From the IMG/VR virus record IMGVR_UViG_3300035043_000056, positions 1 to 45,127 of that record: 45,127 nt of DNA. One strand, given 5' to 3'. Made by a program: the position numbers and the translations under genes. Position 1 is the first letter of the stretch; the number at the start of each line of letters is the position of its first letter. Source of the DNA: a virus. Under the pieces are notes generated by a model that had not been told where the DNA came from, made no database searches, and saw nothing but the letters and a program-made list of their open reading frames with translations. Shown one piece after another: positions 1 to 8,715 of the stretch.

Positions 1-127
1 GGGGGGTCGGATCGGATATGTAAACTAATCAATGGGTTATGAAAAGAGGGGTGGGGGTGCGGATTCAAAAACGCCTTATACAGGCATTCTAAACCTTTGT
101 TATTCCATCATGTTATCTAACACGCCT
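1..127. repeat. Terminal exact duplication, copy 1 (identical to 45001-45127)
   Basis: Bases 1-127 match 45001-45127 at every position. The unique sequence is therefore 45,000 bp. Confidence 0.97.
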
Positions 128-567
128 GTATCAATAGGCTTTGCACGTTTCACGGCTTCAGCTTGTAAAGCCTTCAAACGCCTGGCAAGCTGATCCTGTG
201 TCATGGTGCTAGGTGCATCATCAAAAGTTCCTAAGTTATTGAGTTCTAGGGCTTTTTCAGCTAACCATTGATTAGCCTTTAGGCGTGTTGCCTTTGATCC
301 TTCGTTATCCTGGGCGATCAACTTAATGTTTTTGATAGCCAAGAGGCCGGAAAGCTGAATATCACGCTCTAAATATTCTTTTACACGCTCTGAAAAAACA
401 TTACTCCCCATAATCTGCATAACTAGCTTTAAATCGCATGAGTACGCACTTGCAACCGTGTCGGGGTTTTCACCCTGCAACAGCTTCAAAACAATGTTTT
501 CCATTAAATCTTGTTTGATAAGGTCATTCATAAGGCCATAAATACAGGCTTTTGACAGGCTTTGCAA
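100..567 (-). CDS. Putative small terminase subunit or DNA-binding protein (tentative)
   Basis: 155-aa ORF. The tracked start is TTG at 567; an in-frame ATG at 531 is an alternative. The segment TRLKANQWLAEKALELNNLGTFDD resembles the oligomerisation helix of P27/Terminase_2-type small terminases. It lies next to the repeat-rich non-coding region. The C-terminus is VLDNMME. Confidence 0.4.
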   Translation of the reverse strand: MQSLSKACIYGLMNDLIKQDLMENIVLKLLQGENPDTVASAYSCDLKLVMQIMGSNVFSERVKEYLERDIQLSGLLAIKNIKLIAQDNEGSKATRLKANQWLAEKALELNNLGTFDDAPSTMTQDQLARRLKALQAEAVKRAKPIDTGVLDNMME

Positions 568-582
568 GATAAATAAAAAAAG

Positions 583-600
583 TGCTGGGCATTCCCAACA
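583..600. promoter_or_regulatory. Operator-like dyad box, copy A (minus-strand reading TGTTGGGAATGCCCAGCA)
   Basis: Lies in the divergent intergenic region 568-669. It matches the 18-bp boxes at 10895-10912, 20640-20657 and 44824-44841. Confidence 0.55.
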
Positions 601-669
601 AAAAGGACTAGATTATAAATAGATGTCGGGGTTTTCCTGACTTCATAAACAAAAACAAAGGATTAGGAC

Positions 670-825
670 ATGATCAAAACAATAACCCTTTGCACCGTTG
701 CCGCTGGTTTGCTGCTAGGTGCCTTTTATATCGGGATAAGCCGCGACCTATGCCGCCGCGACAATATCACCCCCGCCGAATATGCGGAAATGAAACTAGA
801 TTGCTCAAACTGGCTTTACAGATAA
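670..825 (+). CDS. Small single-pass membrane protein (51 aa)
   Basis: ATG at 670, TAA at 823-825. The N-terminal hydrophobic stretch is ITLCTVAAGLLLGAFYIGI. It is too short to appear in the ORF track. Confidence 0.45.
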   Translation: MIKTITLCTVAAGLLLGAFYIGISRDLCRRDNITPAEYAEMKLDCSNWLYR

Positions 826-837
826 GGAGATCAAACC

Positions 838-1590
838 ATGACACAGCCATTTAAAAAAACCGTCTTTATCGGATCACAGCCCGAATGGTATCGAGGCAAC
901 GAAACGCACCCCGCAAAAGTATTTTGCAAAATCGAGGTAAAGGAAAAAGAAAAAAGCGGTCTTTGCCTTTCTATATCCGGTGTAATCGGGCCGCTTTCAA
1001 ACGGTGATGCAATCGGGTCATGCGGTCAAATTTATGACAGCATCGACATAAAAACTTTTGCGCCTGGATGGAATAAAACCAAGCTGCAAAAATTCTTGTC
1101 TATATGGCGCGATCATCACTTAAACGATATGAACGCCGCAACCCCTGAGATGAAAAAAGCGGGATGGTGCGAGCTTGCCAGTAAAGAGATTTTTAAATTC
1201 TCTTACATTCAAACAAACGAAGCCAGCAAACGCCGGAAAGAATTACAGGCGAACGCAACACAGGCCGCGCTTGATGGAAAAACGCTTGAATTGTCAGAGG
1301 ATGACAAACGCCTTTTATTGTCCGATACCTCAAAAGACATTTACGCCTATGACCTGCCCGAAACGCCGGAATTTATGGAGCCTTGGACAGATTACCAAAG
1401 CAAAAAGCACAAAATCGAGCGTAAAACATTGGGTTGGGTAAACATGCAAGAGCATCCAGACGGATTACTAGGCCGCGAACTTGACGGAAAAAAATATGGT
1501 CATGCCTGGTATTTTCACGAAGTCCCCGCCGATGTTCTGCAATGGCTTTTTGAACTGCCCGAAACAGAAACCAAACCCGCCTGGATATAA
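838..1590 (+). CDS. Hypothetical protein (250 aa)
   Basis: Long ORF with GGAG 8 nt upstream of the ATG. I recognise no family. Confidence 0.75.
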   Translation: MTQPFKKTVFIGSQPEWYRGNETHPAKVFCKIEVKEKEKSGLCLSISGVIGPLSNGDAIGSCGQIYDSIDIKTFAPGWNKTKLQKFLSIWRDHHLNDMNAATPEMKKAGWCELASKEIFKFSYIQTNEASKRRKELQANATQAALDGKTLELSEDDKRLLLSDTSKDIYAYDLPETPEFMEPWTDYQSKKHKIERKTLGWVNMQEHPDGLLGRELDGKKYGHAWYFHEVPADVLQWLFELPETETKPAWI

Positions 1591-1604
1591 GAGGAGTAAA
1601 GCAC

Positions 1605-1784
1605 ATGACCCTTACCGAACTTAGAAAAATGATAGTTAAGCACAGCCGCGAAATGGAACTGGCTTATGATTTGTGTGACGAAACGCTAACAACTGAAGGT
1701 ATGGAAGACCTACGCAAAGTAAAAGCGCATTATGACCGTGCGTGCGACACGTTTTTTAACCTTTTTGGCCACGGAGTAAAATAA
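1605..1784 (+). CDS. Hypothetical protein (59 aa)
   Basis: ATG at 1605 follows GAGGAG. Its stop overlaps the next start (TAATG at 1782-1786). Confidence 0.5.
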   Translation: MTLTELRKMIVKHSREMELAYDLCDETLTTEGMEDLRKVKAHYDRACDTFFNLFGHGVK

Positions 1785-2086
1785 TGAAACACAAGCACTA
1801 TGACACAGCATATAACGCGCACCGCAATACCAGCTTTAGCCCAGATAAACGGTATGAAGCAACCCGCGCACTTGAAAAAATAAAGCATTCACATGCTTTC
1901 AATGTGCCTGGGTATCAATACAAAAAAAAGATAAATCAACATGCAACGCTTTACCATTTTGCGGATAATTCGCGCATGGTGATTTATCACAGCACAAGCC
2001 GCGCCGATTGTTTCCATTTAGACTGGAAAGGCACCGCGCAAGATGTGCATTTAGGCCCGATAAAAGGCACCCCCATTAAACATTAA
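1784..2086 (+). CDS. Hypothetical protein (100 aa)
   Basis: ORF translationally coupled to the upstream gene. Confidence 0.65.
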   Translation: MKHKHYDTAYNAHRNTSFSPDKRYEATRALEKIKHSHAFNVPGYQYKKKINQHATLYHFADNSRMVIYHSTSRADCFHLDWKGTAQDVHLGPIKGTPIKH

Positions 2087-2105
2087 CCAAAGAGGAAACT
2101 AAACC

Positions 2106-2603
2106 ATGAAAAAACATAGCAAGCCATATCTGGCAATCATTGCAGAACTTGAAAAAGGCACGATCACAAAAGGCCGGATAACCGGAATAAAACGCGCCTT
2201 AAATAACCAGTACAGAAAAAATAATGGTTGGTCTATTTCTGTCACTGCTACCAAAATCACAGACGACGAATTAAGCGACATTCTGCAACGCATTGAACGC
2301 AACCCGCCCCGCGTATCTGATGACATGGCAGCGCAAGGCATCGAATGGTTGCGAAAACTTTGGAAAACACCAAAAGACCGCGAACGCAAAAACAACCCTT
2401 TTTCAGATCGACAAGCGCGGATTATATCACCGCAATATTTTAGCCATTTCACACTTGCCGGTTTCGATGAGATTGGACGCGGGAACCATTACCCGATTTA
2501 TGGAGTGCATAGTATTGCAGGGCTAGGCTTGCAAAAAGCTGATGTTTTTTATTATACGCCGTTGCCCTGGCAAGCCTCAAACGATCAACTTATTTTTCAA
2601 TAG
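2106..2603 (+). CDS. Hypothetical protein (165 aa)
   Basis: ORF with AGAGGA upstream of the start. Confidence 0.7.
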   Translation: MKKHSKPYLAIIAELEKGTITKGRITGIKRALNNQYRKNNGWSISVTATKITDDELSDILQRIERNPPRVSDDMAAQGIEWLRKLWKTPKDRERKNNPFSDRQARIISPQYFSHFTLAGFDEIGRGNHYPIYGVHSIAGLGLQKADVFYYTPLPWQASNDQLIFQ

Positions 2604-2611
2604 GTGAAGCC

Positions 2612-2821
2612 ATGACAAAACCAGATCTAAAAAACCGGTTGCCAATCCGCGACGATGTGAAGCTAATCACATATCATAGACCGCCAACACAAGGGGAAAT
2701 TCGTTTCGGTCATGGTGCTACACATTACCGCGATTTTGAGCCTTCAGAATGTTGTCATCCAGGGACGCGCATTTTAAAGGCGTGGTTTATAGCTGATGAC
2801 GGATTGCGCTATTACAGATGA
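2612..2821 (+). CDS. Hypothetical protein (69 aa)
   Basis: ORF lying tightly after the previous gene. Confidence 0.6.
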   Translation: MTKPDLKNRLPIRDDVKLITYHRPPTQGEIRFGHGATHYRDFEPSECCHPGTRILKAWFIADDGLRYYR

Positions 2822-2892
2822 AAACACTAATTCACATTTACGCGGTTTTATATCTGCTGTTTATTGCCGCGCTCTTAATTGGCCTCGTATAA
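2818..2892 (+). CDS. Possible 24-aa hydrophobic micro-peptide
   Basis: ATGA overlap with the upstream stop. The product, MKTLIHIYAVLYLLFIAALLIGLV, is essentially one transmembrane helix. Confidence 0.3.
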   Translation: MKTLIHIYAVLYLLFIAALLIGLV

Positions 2893-2912
2893 TTCCCCTA
2901 TCCTAAACTTTG

Positions 2913-2939
2913 CCCCCGCCTTGCGCGGGGGTTTTTTTT
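2913..2939 (+). terminator. Intrinsic terminator between convergent genes (possibly bidirectional)
   Basis: Stem CCCCCGC (2913-2919) pairs with GCGGGGG (2925-2931) around a 5-nt loop, followed by T8 (2932-2939). The reverse reading has an A-run before the stem. Confidence 0.75.
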
Positions 2940-3360
2940 AATCCATCATCATATTGCGAAACCATTTAGGCAACCGCTGATTAAGCCGCCATATTTCATG
3001 TGCCTGTATAGCTTTTAATGTTGCGTCTGTATGTGCATTCTTGCCGGATCTCAGGCGGTCGAATTTCACGCGCTCAAAAGGCTTGCCGGTTTGCCTGTAA
3101 AGATATTCGGGAATTGATGACAGACCCCTTACACCGCTTTTTAATCCTGAAGGCTTCACCGCTCTTTCAAGATGACCGCTTTTTATCAGTTCAGCTAAAT
3201 ATGCAGATAACGATCTATAGAATGTTTTGACCTCGACCCCTTCAGCTTCACTAATCAGGCTGCAAATACGATCATGTGAATACCATAGCCAAGCCTCTCT
3301 GTTATTCCGGCCCGAGGTCGCCGCCATGATCCTTTCTTTCCAAGTGAGGGTGGTTTTCAT
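2938..3360 (-). CDS. Putative winged-helix DNA-binding protein (140 aa)
   Basis: SLSAYLAELIKSGHLER resembles a wHTH recognition helix. The gene lies directly downstream of the iteron cluster and the primase-helicase. The C-terminus is FRNMMMD. Confidence 0.55.
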   Translation of the reverse strand: MKTTLTWKERIMAATSGRNNREAWLWYSHDRICSLISEAEGVEVKTFYRSLSAYLAELIKSGHLERAVKPSGLKSGVRGLSSIPEYLYRQTGKPFERVKFDRLRSGKNAHTDATLKAIQAHEIWRLNQRLPKWFRNMMMD

Positions 3361-3430
3361 TTTATTTTCACATTCTGACGGTTTTTAGTTTCAATTTCAA
3401 AATCACCAATTAGCCCCATGATCGACCCGA

Positions 3431-3670
3431 ATGGACAAGTGGACATGCCTTTAGGCATTTGTCCATTTTGTCCACTCTCAGGGTTGCGGTGGACATTTAT
3501 GGTGTCCACTCATTGTCCACTGTGTCCACTCCATCCGTAACTAATTGATGTTTAACAGTTTCTTTCGTGATGCCTTTTGTCCTCAGCGTGTCCAATGCTC
3601 TTGAAAATGCTTTCATTTGCGTCTTATTTGGGATTGCCATAACTTCTAATTGGACAAGCGATTTGTCCAC
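3431..3670. repeat. Iteron cluster TGTCCAC / GTGGACA (candidate replication origin or operator array)
   Basis: Exact TGTCCAC at 3469-3475, 3503-3509, 3514-3520, 3523-3529 and 3664-3670. Exact GTGGACA at 3439-3445 and 3489-3495. One-mismatch copies at 3431-3437, 3460-3466 and 3650-3656. Confidence 0.65.
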
Positions 3671-5719
3671 TGAAACCCCGACATCGAATACCCCATTCGC
3701 TTTCAAAATATCATGGAAGATGACGCATTTTGCCTGAAGCTCGGTATGTGAATAATTGACATCCATGTCGGGGTTTTGAATTGCCTCATCATAATATTTG
3801 ATGGCGCGATATGCCGCCAGGGGTGCCGCGTCCAATTCCTCTTCAATCGATGGCGCGATGGCATCGAACTCGGTTTCACCTTCCACGACGACCGAACAGG
3901 TTGTGATCGGATCGCCATCCTCATCTTTTGCCAATTCGACGATGTTCAACCCGAAGCGTTTTTGCTGACCGGTTTCATCGTCCTTCTGTTTCGTGCTACT
4001 GAAGGAGCGATACCACTTCTCGCCGCGCTTTTCAGCCTTGACCTGGATCTCTGTATCGATGTTGCCTTTGAGCGACGAGTGACCCCGCGCCCCTGCGCTC
4101 TCATCCTTGCCGGTGTGATGCACGACCATAACGGCGACCTTGCGATTGAATTTAATGCTTGACATGTTGTTCACGAACTTCGTCATGTCCTCGCTGTTTT
4201 CATTCCCGCCACCAAATGCGGCACTGAGCGTATCGACGATCACGAGGCCGCATTTATAACCTGACTTCGCTTCCAGGTCGGTAATCAATTTGGCGATCAG
4301 CTTCAGGTGATCTTTGTTGTTCAGCAGGTCAACGTGCGCCGGATAATAAGCGAACGGGTGTTCCTTCAAACTCGTACCTGCCTTCACTCCGACACGCGAT
4401 CTTGCTGCCACGGCCCGTTTGCCGAATGATGCACCGCTTTCCGTACAGATATAAAGCACAGCCATTTTGCGCTTGCATTTAAAACCCGCCCAATCTTTAC
4501 CGGCAGCTAAGTGCATCGCCATGTCCAGCGTCAAAAAAGATTTTCCGCTTCCTGATGGGCCGAATAATACATTCACCGTTTCGGCATTCATAAAATGTTT
4601 GAAGAGTGGTGTGCCACTGCTTTTAATCGTTGCATCACCTGAACTGATGAATGCGGCAGTGTCGAATAATTGCTGGACTTTCTCACGTTCTTTTTGCAGC
4701 GGGTTTACCTGCGCGGCAATTCGATCAAGATCAACCTGGTCAAGTCCGGCTGTGAAATCGTTGCCTGATCGCTCATAGCAGCGAATAATTTCCCGCGCTG
4801 TGAGATCCTTATTCTTTCCATGTTCGAAATGCCAAAGGATTTGCGCTGTTTCCAGCAATGAAAACCCTTCGTATTTTAATTCCTTCGCCATCGTAAAGTC
4901 GCGCTCGGATCTCGATGGCTTCATGTCGATCTTGTTTGTCCACAGATCGTCGATCTTATCATTGCGGTTCCGCGCTGCCTCGAACTTATTTTTCACATCG
5001 GCTGGCAGCGGCAATTTCACTTTGTCCATATCAAGCTGTGTGTAATCGATCTCGCTTGTCGTGCTGTCTGCCTCTGAAGGCGTGACGAAATCAATCTGTT
5101 GGTATCGCTGACCAATGCGCGTCGATCTGGCGAGTGCCTTCTTCCTGCCTTTTTTCTTGGCGGTCGGCATGTTCCATGTGTACGGAATACGCATGATCCG
5201 GTCGATATTTTGAACGCGATCGGTGTCGTATTTATCTGCCAATCCTCGTGACAGTGCTTCGTATTGAAGGCGGGTTTCTTCTGTGACCGGCACCGGCTCA
5301 TTGAGCATCCAAAACGCCTGGATACCGCCTCCGCTGTCCGTTATAACTGTCGGCGGGTTATCGCCTTCCGCAAGCTGCTCTGCCAACTGGCGCAGCCTGA
5401 CACGCTCTTGATCGAAGTCCTTATCCTTTGCCGGATCTGCGTCCAACCAGATCGCGTTGATTTCCTTAATATGCTCTTTCTTTAATTTATTGTCCGGCGC
5501 GTCATCCTTTGGTGTATTGACAGAATAATAAAGGTTGCGCTTACCGTTATTTTTCTCGATAAAGTTTTCGATGGCTTCGCTGCCTACGGGCCGTGTCAGA
5601 CCGGTGACGTTTAAGCTGAAGGGATCGATGGCGACAACATTGATGAGCTTATCTTTAAAGAGCGTTTTGAGGAACGTTACAGCTTTTTTTGTGTTGTCGG
5701 ATAATTGATTTTCTGTCAT
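3497..5719 (-). CDS. Bifunctional primase-polymerase / RepA-DnaB-like helicase
   Basis: The N-terminus has prim-pol motifs (IWLDADP, DSGGGIQAFW). The centre resembles a primase C-terminal domain. The C-terminal half has Walker A GPSGSGKS and Walker B VIVDT. I prefer the ATG at 5719 (MTENQ) to the tracked start at 5806, because 5806 falls inside the predicted promoter. Confidence 0.88.
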   Translation of the reverse strand: MTENQLSDNTKKAVTFLKTLFKDKLINVVAIDPFSLNVTGLTRPVGSEAIENFIEKNNGKRNLYYSVNTPKDDAPDNKLKKEHIKEINAIWLDADPAKDKDFDQERVRLRQLAEQLAEGDNPPTVITDSGGGIQAFWMLNEPVPVTEETRLQYEALSRGLADKYDTDRVQNIDRIMRIPYTWNMPTAKKKGRKKALARSTRIGQRYQQIDFVTPSEADSTTSEIDYTQLDMDKVKLPLPADVKNKFEAARNRNDKIDDLWTNKIDMKPSRSERDFTMAKELKYEGFSLLETAQILWHFEHGKNKDLTAREIIRCYERSGNDFTAGLDQVDLDRIAAQVNPLQKEREKVQQLFDTAAFISSGDATIKSSGTPLFKHFMNAETVNVLFGPSGSGKSFLTLDMAMHLAAGKDWAGFKCKRKMAVLYICTESGASFGKRAVAARSRVGVKAGTSLKEHPFAYYPAHVDLLNNKDHLKLIAKLITDLEAKSGYKCGLVIVDTLSAAFGGGNENSEDMTKFVNNMSSIKFNRKVAVMVVHHTGKDESAGARGHSSLKGNIDTEIQVKAEKRGEKWYRSFSSTKQKDDETGQQKRFGLNIVELAKDEDGDPITTCSVVVEGETEFDAIAPSIEEELDAAPLAAYRAIKYYDEAIQNPDMDVNYSHTELQAKCVIFHDILKANGVFDVGVSVDKSLVQLEVMAIPNKTQMKAFSRALDTLRTKGITKETVKHQLVTDGVDTVDNEWTP

Positions 5720-5766
5720 ACTGGTTCTGCTTTTAGGGCCATTGTTTATCTCCGTTGGACAAAGGA

Positions 5767-5800
5767 GAACCCCATTGCGGATCGGTGGGGTTCTTTTTTT
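5767..5800 (+). terminator. Hairpin plus T7 run in the divergent control region
   Basis: GAACCCCA (5767-5774) pairs with TGGGGTTC (5786-5793), followed by T7 (5794-5800). On the + strand it reads as an intrinsic terminator. On the - strand it would form the 5' end of the primase mRNA leader. Confidence 0.45.
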
Positions 5801-5827
5801 ATACATCTACAATGAACTGAGCGTCAA
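5798..5827 (-). promoter_or_regulatory. Sigma70-like promoter for the primase-helicase unit
   Basis: Minus-strand reading is TTGACG (5827-5822), an 18-nt spacer, then TATAAA (5803-5798). Confidence 0.5.
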
Positions 5828-5859
5828 TATAAAATGTTGGTGATTTCCTTCTTTTTCTG

Positions 5860-5888
5860 TTGACACCGCTTTTTTGCTGTTCTATGTT
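5860..5888 (+). promoter_or_regulatory. Sigma70-like rightward early promoter
   Basis: TTGACA (5860-5865), a 17-nt spacer, then TATGTT (5883-5888). A degenerate operator box, TGTTGGGTAAATCCAGAC (5885-5902), overlaps the -10. Confidence 0.6.
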
Positions 5889-5953
5889 GGGTAAATCCAG
5901 ACGAACACGGACGACCGTGAACGTTGATGGAAAGAAACAAAGGAACTGCTGAA

Positions 5954-6205
5954 ATGAAAAAATATTTTTTAATTGCTACGGCAATCACCCTCTTGACAAC
6001 TCCTGCAATCGCTGAAACTGCCACAATCTGTTATCCTCCTATCGAGGTCCAGGCTGAGATCGTTTCTCAACAGATCGCACAAAAAGTGATCGACGAATAT
6101 TGCAACCAACTCGATCCTGTGTCCAGTGAAAAAGGTGCGATCATTATTTATTATGATCGTGATGCCAATGGTGAATGTGTCGCCAAAGTTAAAGTGGTGA
6201 AATAA
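5954..6205 (+). CDS. Small secreted protein (signal peptide)
   Basis: ATG at 5954 follows AAGGA. The N-terminus, MKKYFLIATAITLLTTPAIA|ETA, looks like a Sec signal peptide. Confidence 0.7.
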   Translation: MKKYFLIATAITLLTTPAIAETATICYPPIEVQAEIVSQQIAQKVIDEYCNQLDPVSSEKGAIIIYYDRDANGECVAKVKVVK

Positions 6206-6411
6206 TGCGACGGGGGGATAGCAGAGTTCGTACAGGTGCTTCGCTTCGATCAGTGTGTGGTGATGTCACCATTCGCGGTCAGGCGAAGCAGATTGCAGCC
6301 AAGTATGAAGAGCTTGCTATTGAGGCTCACCGGAACCGTGATAACGTAATGGCGCACAACTACCTGCAACACTCGGAACACTATAAAAGGGTTCAAGAAA
6401 ATGTCCAATAA
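6205..6411 (+). CDS. DUF4167-like protein
   Basis: IRGQAKQIAAKYEELAIEAHRNRDNVMAHNYLQHSEHYKRV follows the alphaproteobacterial DUF4167 pattern (G-A-Q-YE-LA, then ENY-QHAEHY-R). TAATG coupling to the upstream gene. Confidence 0.6.
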   Translation: MRRGDSRVRTGASLRSVCGDVTIRGQAKQIAAKYEELAIEAHRNRDNVMAHNYLQHSEHYKRVQENVQ

Positions 6412-7192
6412 ACTTCACATCGATACGATGGATGCGCGTGGCGCGGCTGTGCTGTCCGAATACCTTGAACTGCAAGGTTTCCGCTATGGATATAACGGTC
6501 GCGCCTGTCAACGTCGCTCACCGAGCAACATGCGCTTCGTCACTGTTGATCGTGATGCGCTGTTTTACAGCGGCAGCAAAGGTGCGGCAACCGATGTCAC
6601 ATGGCACGAGTTGACCAAGCATGAGATCAAAGAAATGCTGAAGGCGATCAAGGATGAGGCATTGTCGGCAGATGTGATGCGCGAAGCCAAATACCATCGT
6701 CTGTCGGCAACGCAATATCTTGTTGTGCAGGAATTCAAAAGCGAATTCGGCAATGATGAATATAAATCGATGTGCAGAAACTTCGGTAAATATAAAGAGG
6801 ATGTTTCTGAACTGTCCGGCTATCAACTGGAAAAGTGCATCTCAATGATGCAGGAGCAAATCAATTTACTCAAAGCAAGGCGGCTCACTGGTGACTATAC
6901 CAACATGTCGCGCAATCACCGCCTCGTGATGAGCAAAGACGAATCCAAACTCGAAAGAGTGTGGGTGACGCAGAATGGTTATGAGATGCCAATCTCAAAA
7001 ATGAAAGATGACCATCTGCACAACACGATACTGTTAATTGATCGCAGTATCAGCAAAGGCATGTACCGCCTTGGTGGGAACGAAGATCTTCCTGAACTCT
7101 TAGAGATGCTGGAAGTCGAACGCACCGAACGCGGTATGCCGATGCCTCTTATCCCGATCAAATCACTTGAATGGAGAAAAGCAAATGTCTGA
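6401..7192 (+). CDS. Hypothetical protein (263 aa)
   Basis: Long ORF overlapping both of its neighbours. Confidence 0.75.
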   Translation: MSNKLHIDTMDARGAAVLSEYLELQGFRYGYNGRACQRRSPSNMRFVTVDRDALFYSGSKGAATDVTWHELTKHEIKEMLKAIKDEALSADVMREAKYHRLSATQYLVVQEFKSEFGNDEYKSMCRNFGKYKEDVSELSGYQLEKCISMMQEQINLLKARRLTGDYTNMSRNHRLVMSKDESKLERVWVTQNGYEMPISKMKDDHLHNTILLIDRSISKGMYRLGGNEDLPELLEMLEVERTERGMPMPLIPIKSLEWRKANV

Positions 7193-7532
7193 CCATGACC
7201 CTGAAACTGGCGAAGTGAAAACTTCGACATCAACTGCCTTGGCTCTCAACAGCCAGGAATCCCTTGACGCTCTGAAGAAGGAAGTGATGGATGAATTCAT
7301 TACGTCCGATAAGGAAGTGTTCAAAGCCGCAATGCGTTCGCTGCTCACACAAGAGCAGAAGTTGAACAAACAAAAAGCGTCCATCGACCAGGACATCGAG
7401 CAGCTTCACAAAGCTCGTGCTGCACTGGAAGAGGCGTTCAAAAACGGCACTCTGCATTCCGCAGAAGATGCGCGTGGTGTTGTTCGCACTGTCGGTAAGC
7501 GTACCAACGTTCTTGACGATTTTGAGGATTAA
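7185..7532 (+). CDS. Hypothetical coiled-coil protein
   Basis: ATG at 7185 follows GGAGAA. The C-terminus is VLDDFED. Confidence 0.7.
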   Translation: MSDHDPETGEVKTSTSTALALNSQESLDALKKEVMDEFITSDKEVFKAAMRSLLTQEQKLNKQKASIDQDIEQLHKARAALEEAFKNGTLHSAEDARGVVRTVGKRTNVLDDFED

Positions 7533-7535
7533 GCC

Positions 7536-8156
7536 ATGTTGAACGGAAAAAAGAAATCCCATCTCGAAGCTCGTGCCTCACTGAAACAGAAAATGTTGAA
7601 GTCCGGCCCGTTGGCGTTCATCGAAGTAACAGCGGCAGAGTTGTCGATTACACTCAGTCCTGAATTTCCTGAACTGATCGAAGAGGTTCGTCAGGAACTC
7701 AAAGAGCGTGAAGTGAAAGCGGCTGTTGCCAAACAACGCGCAGAGCTTGGATCTGAAAGCGGCCTTGCAGCGATGGCGGGTTATCGTCATCCGATGGAAG
7801 GTTTGTCACGCGATCCTGAGTTCACGAAAGAGCCGGACCACAAAGCCCATCTCGAACGGCAGGAGCGCAGCGAACCTGGCGACCTGACATTTGAACAGGC
7901 GGTGCGGCCTCTCATTCGTTATCATTTCGGCCTGTCGTATTGCAGCTATTACACAGTGCCGCGCCTTGCGCTTCAGGAGATGCCGCGCTGGTGGCAGTGG
8001 CTCTTCTGCTTCCTTGTAAATATGCTGCCTGAAACCCCAACCTACACCTGCCAGCGTCGTGATAAGAAAGGTCACTTCATCAAGAATGATCCGTGGGCTA
8101 ACTATCGTCGCGGCAGTGTAAAAGACGTTCAAGAATTGGAGTGTGAACATGACTGA
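7536..8156 (+). CDS. Hypothetical protein (206 aa)
   Basis: Long ORF. I recognise no family. Confidence 0.75.
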   Translation: MLNGKKKSHLEARASLKQKMLKSGPLAFIEVTAAELSITLSPEFPELIEEVRQELKEREVKAAVAKQRAELGSESGLAAMAGYRHPMEGLSRDPEFTKEPDHKAHLERQERSEPGDLTFEQAVRPLIRYHFGLSYCSYYTVPRLALQEMPRWWQWLFCFLVNMLPETPTYTCQRRDKKGHFIKNDPWANYRRGSVKDVQELECEHD

Positions 8157-8715
8157 ACAAGTAGTAATTTTTGATCTCGATGGCACACTTGCTGACATCA
8201 ATCACCGGCTGCATTTCGTGCAGAACGGCAATAAACAGTGGGATGAGTTCTACAAGGCTTGTCCCAATGACGGGCCGAAAGAACCGATCATCGAGCTTGC
8301 CCGTATGTGTGACGATGCTGGTCACACGATTGTCATCTCGTCCGGTCGTTCTGAAAACGTGCGCCAGGAAACAATCGATTGGCTTGAAAAGCACAATATC
8401 AATTATGCGCGGCTTTTCATGCGGCCTGATAACTGCTACGTCAAAGACACGATCCTGAAAAAGAACTGGCTCGATGAGGGTTTATTTGGCCCGAAAGAGA
8501 ACATCCTGTTCGTTGTTGAAGATCGTGATAGCATGGTCGAGATGTGGCGCAAGCAAGGTCTGACATGTTTGCAGGTCGAACGCTGGATCGAAGAAGGTGA
8601 GATGTCCTTTCCATTGAAGAAAATCGAGATGGCGCGTAACATGGCAAAGTTCATTAGCGCGACCGATCAGGACAAACGCTTCAACGATTGGTGTATCGCA
8701 CAGGAGAGAAAATAA
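8149..8715 (+). CDS. HAD-superfamily phosphatase (T4 Pnk 3'-phosphatase / 5'-nucleotidase-like)
   Basis: Motif I FDLDGTLAD, motif II SSGR, motif III K-(x)n-VEDRDSMVEMWRKQGLTCLQV. I prefer the ATG at 8149 after GGAG to the tracked GTG at 8143. Confidence 0.8.
   Translation: MTEQVVIFDLDGTLADINHRLHFVQNGNKQWDEFYKACPNDGPKEPIIELARMCDDAGHTIVISSGRSENVRQETIDWLEKHNINYARLFMRPDNCYVKDTILKKNWLDEGLFGPKENILFVVEDRDSMVEMWRKQGLTCLQVERWIEEGEMSFPLKKIEMARNMAKFISATDQDKRFNDWCIAQERK

Noticed and set aside
5720-5806. The tracked start at 5806 for the primase-helicase (MYKKRTPPIRNG...).
   Set aside because: Position 5806 lies between the -35 and -10 of the only good minus-strand promoter, and the stretch 5767-5800 is a hairpin plus homopolymer run. 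The ATG at 5719 (MTENQ...) is downstream of both.
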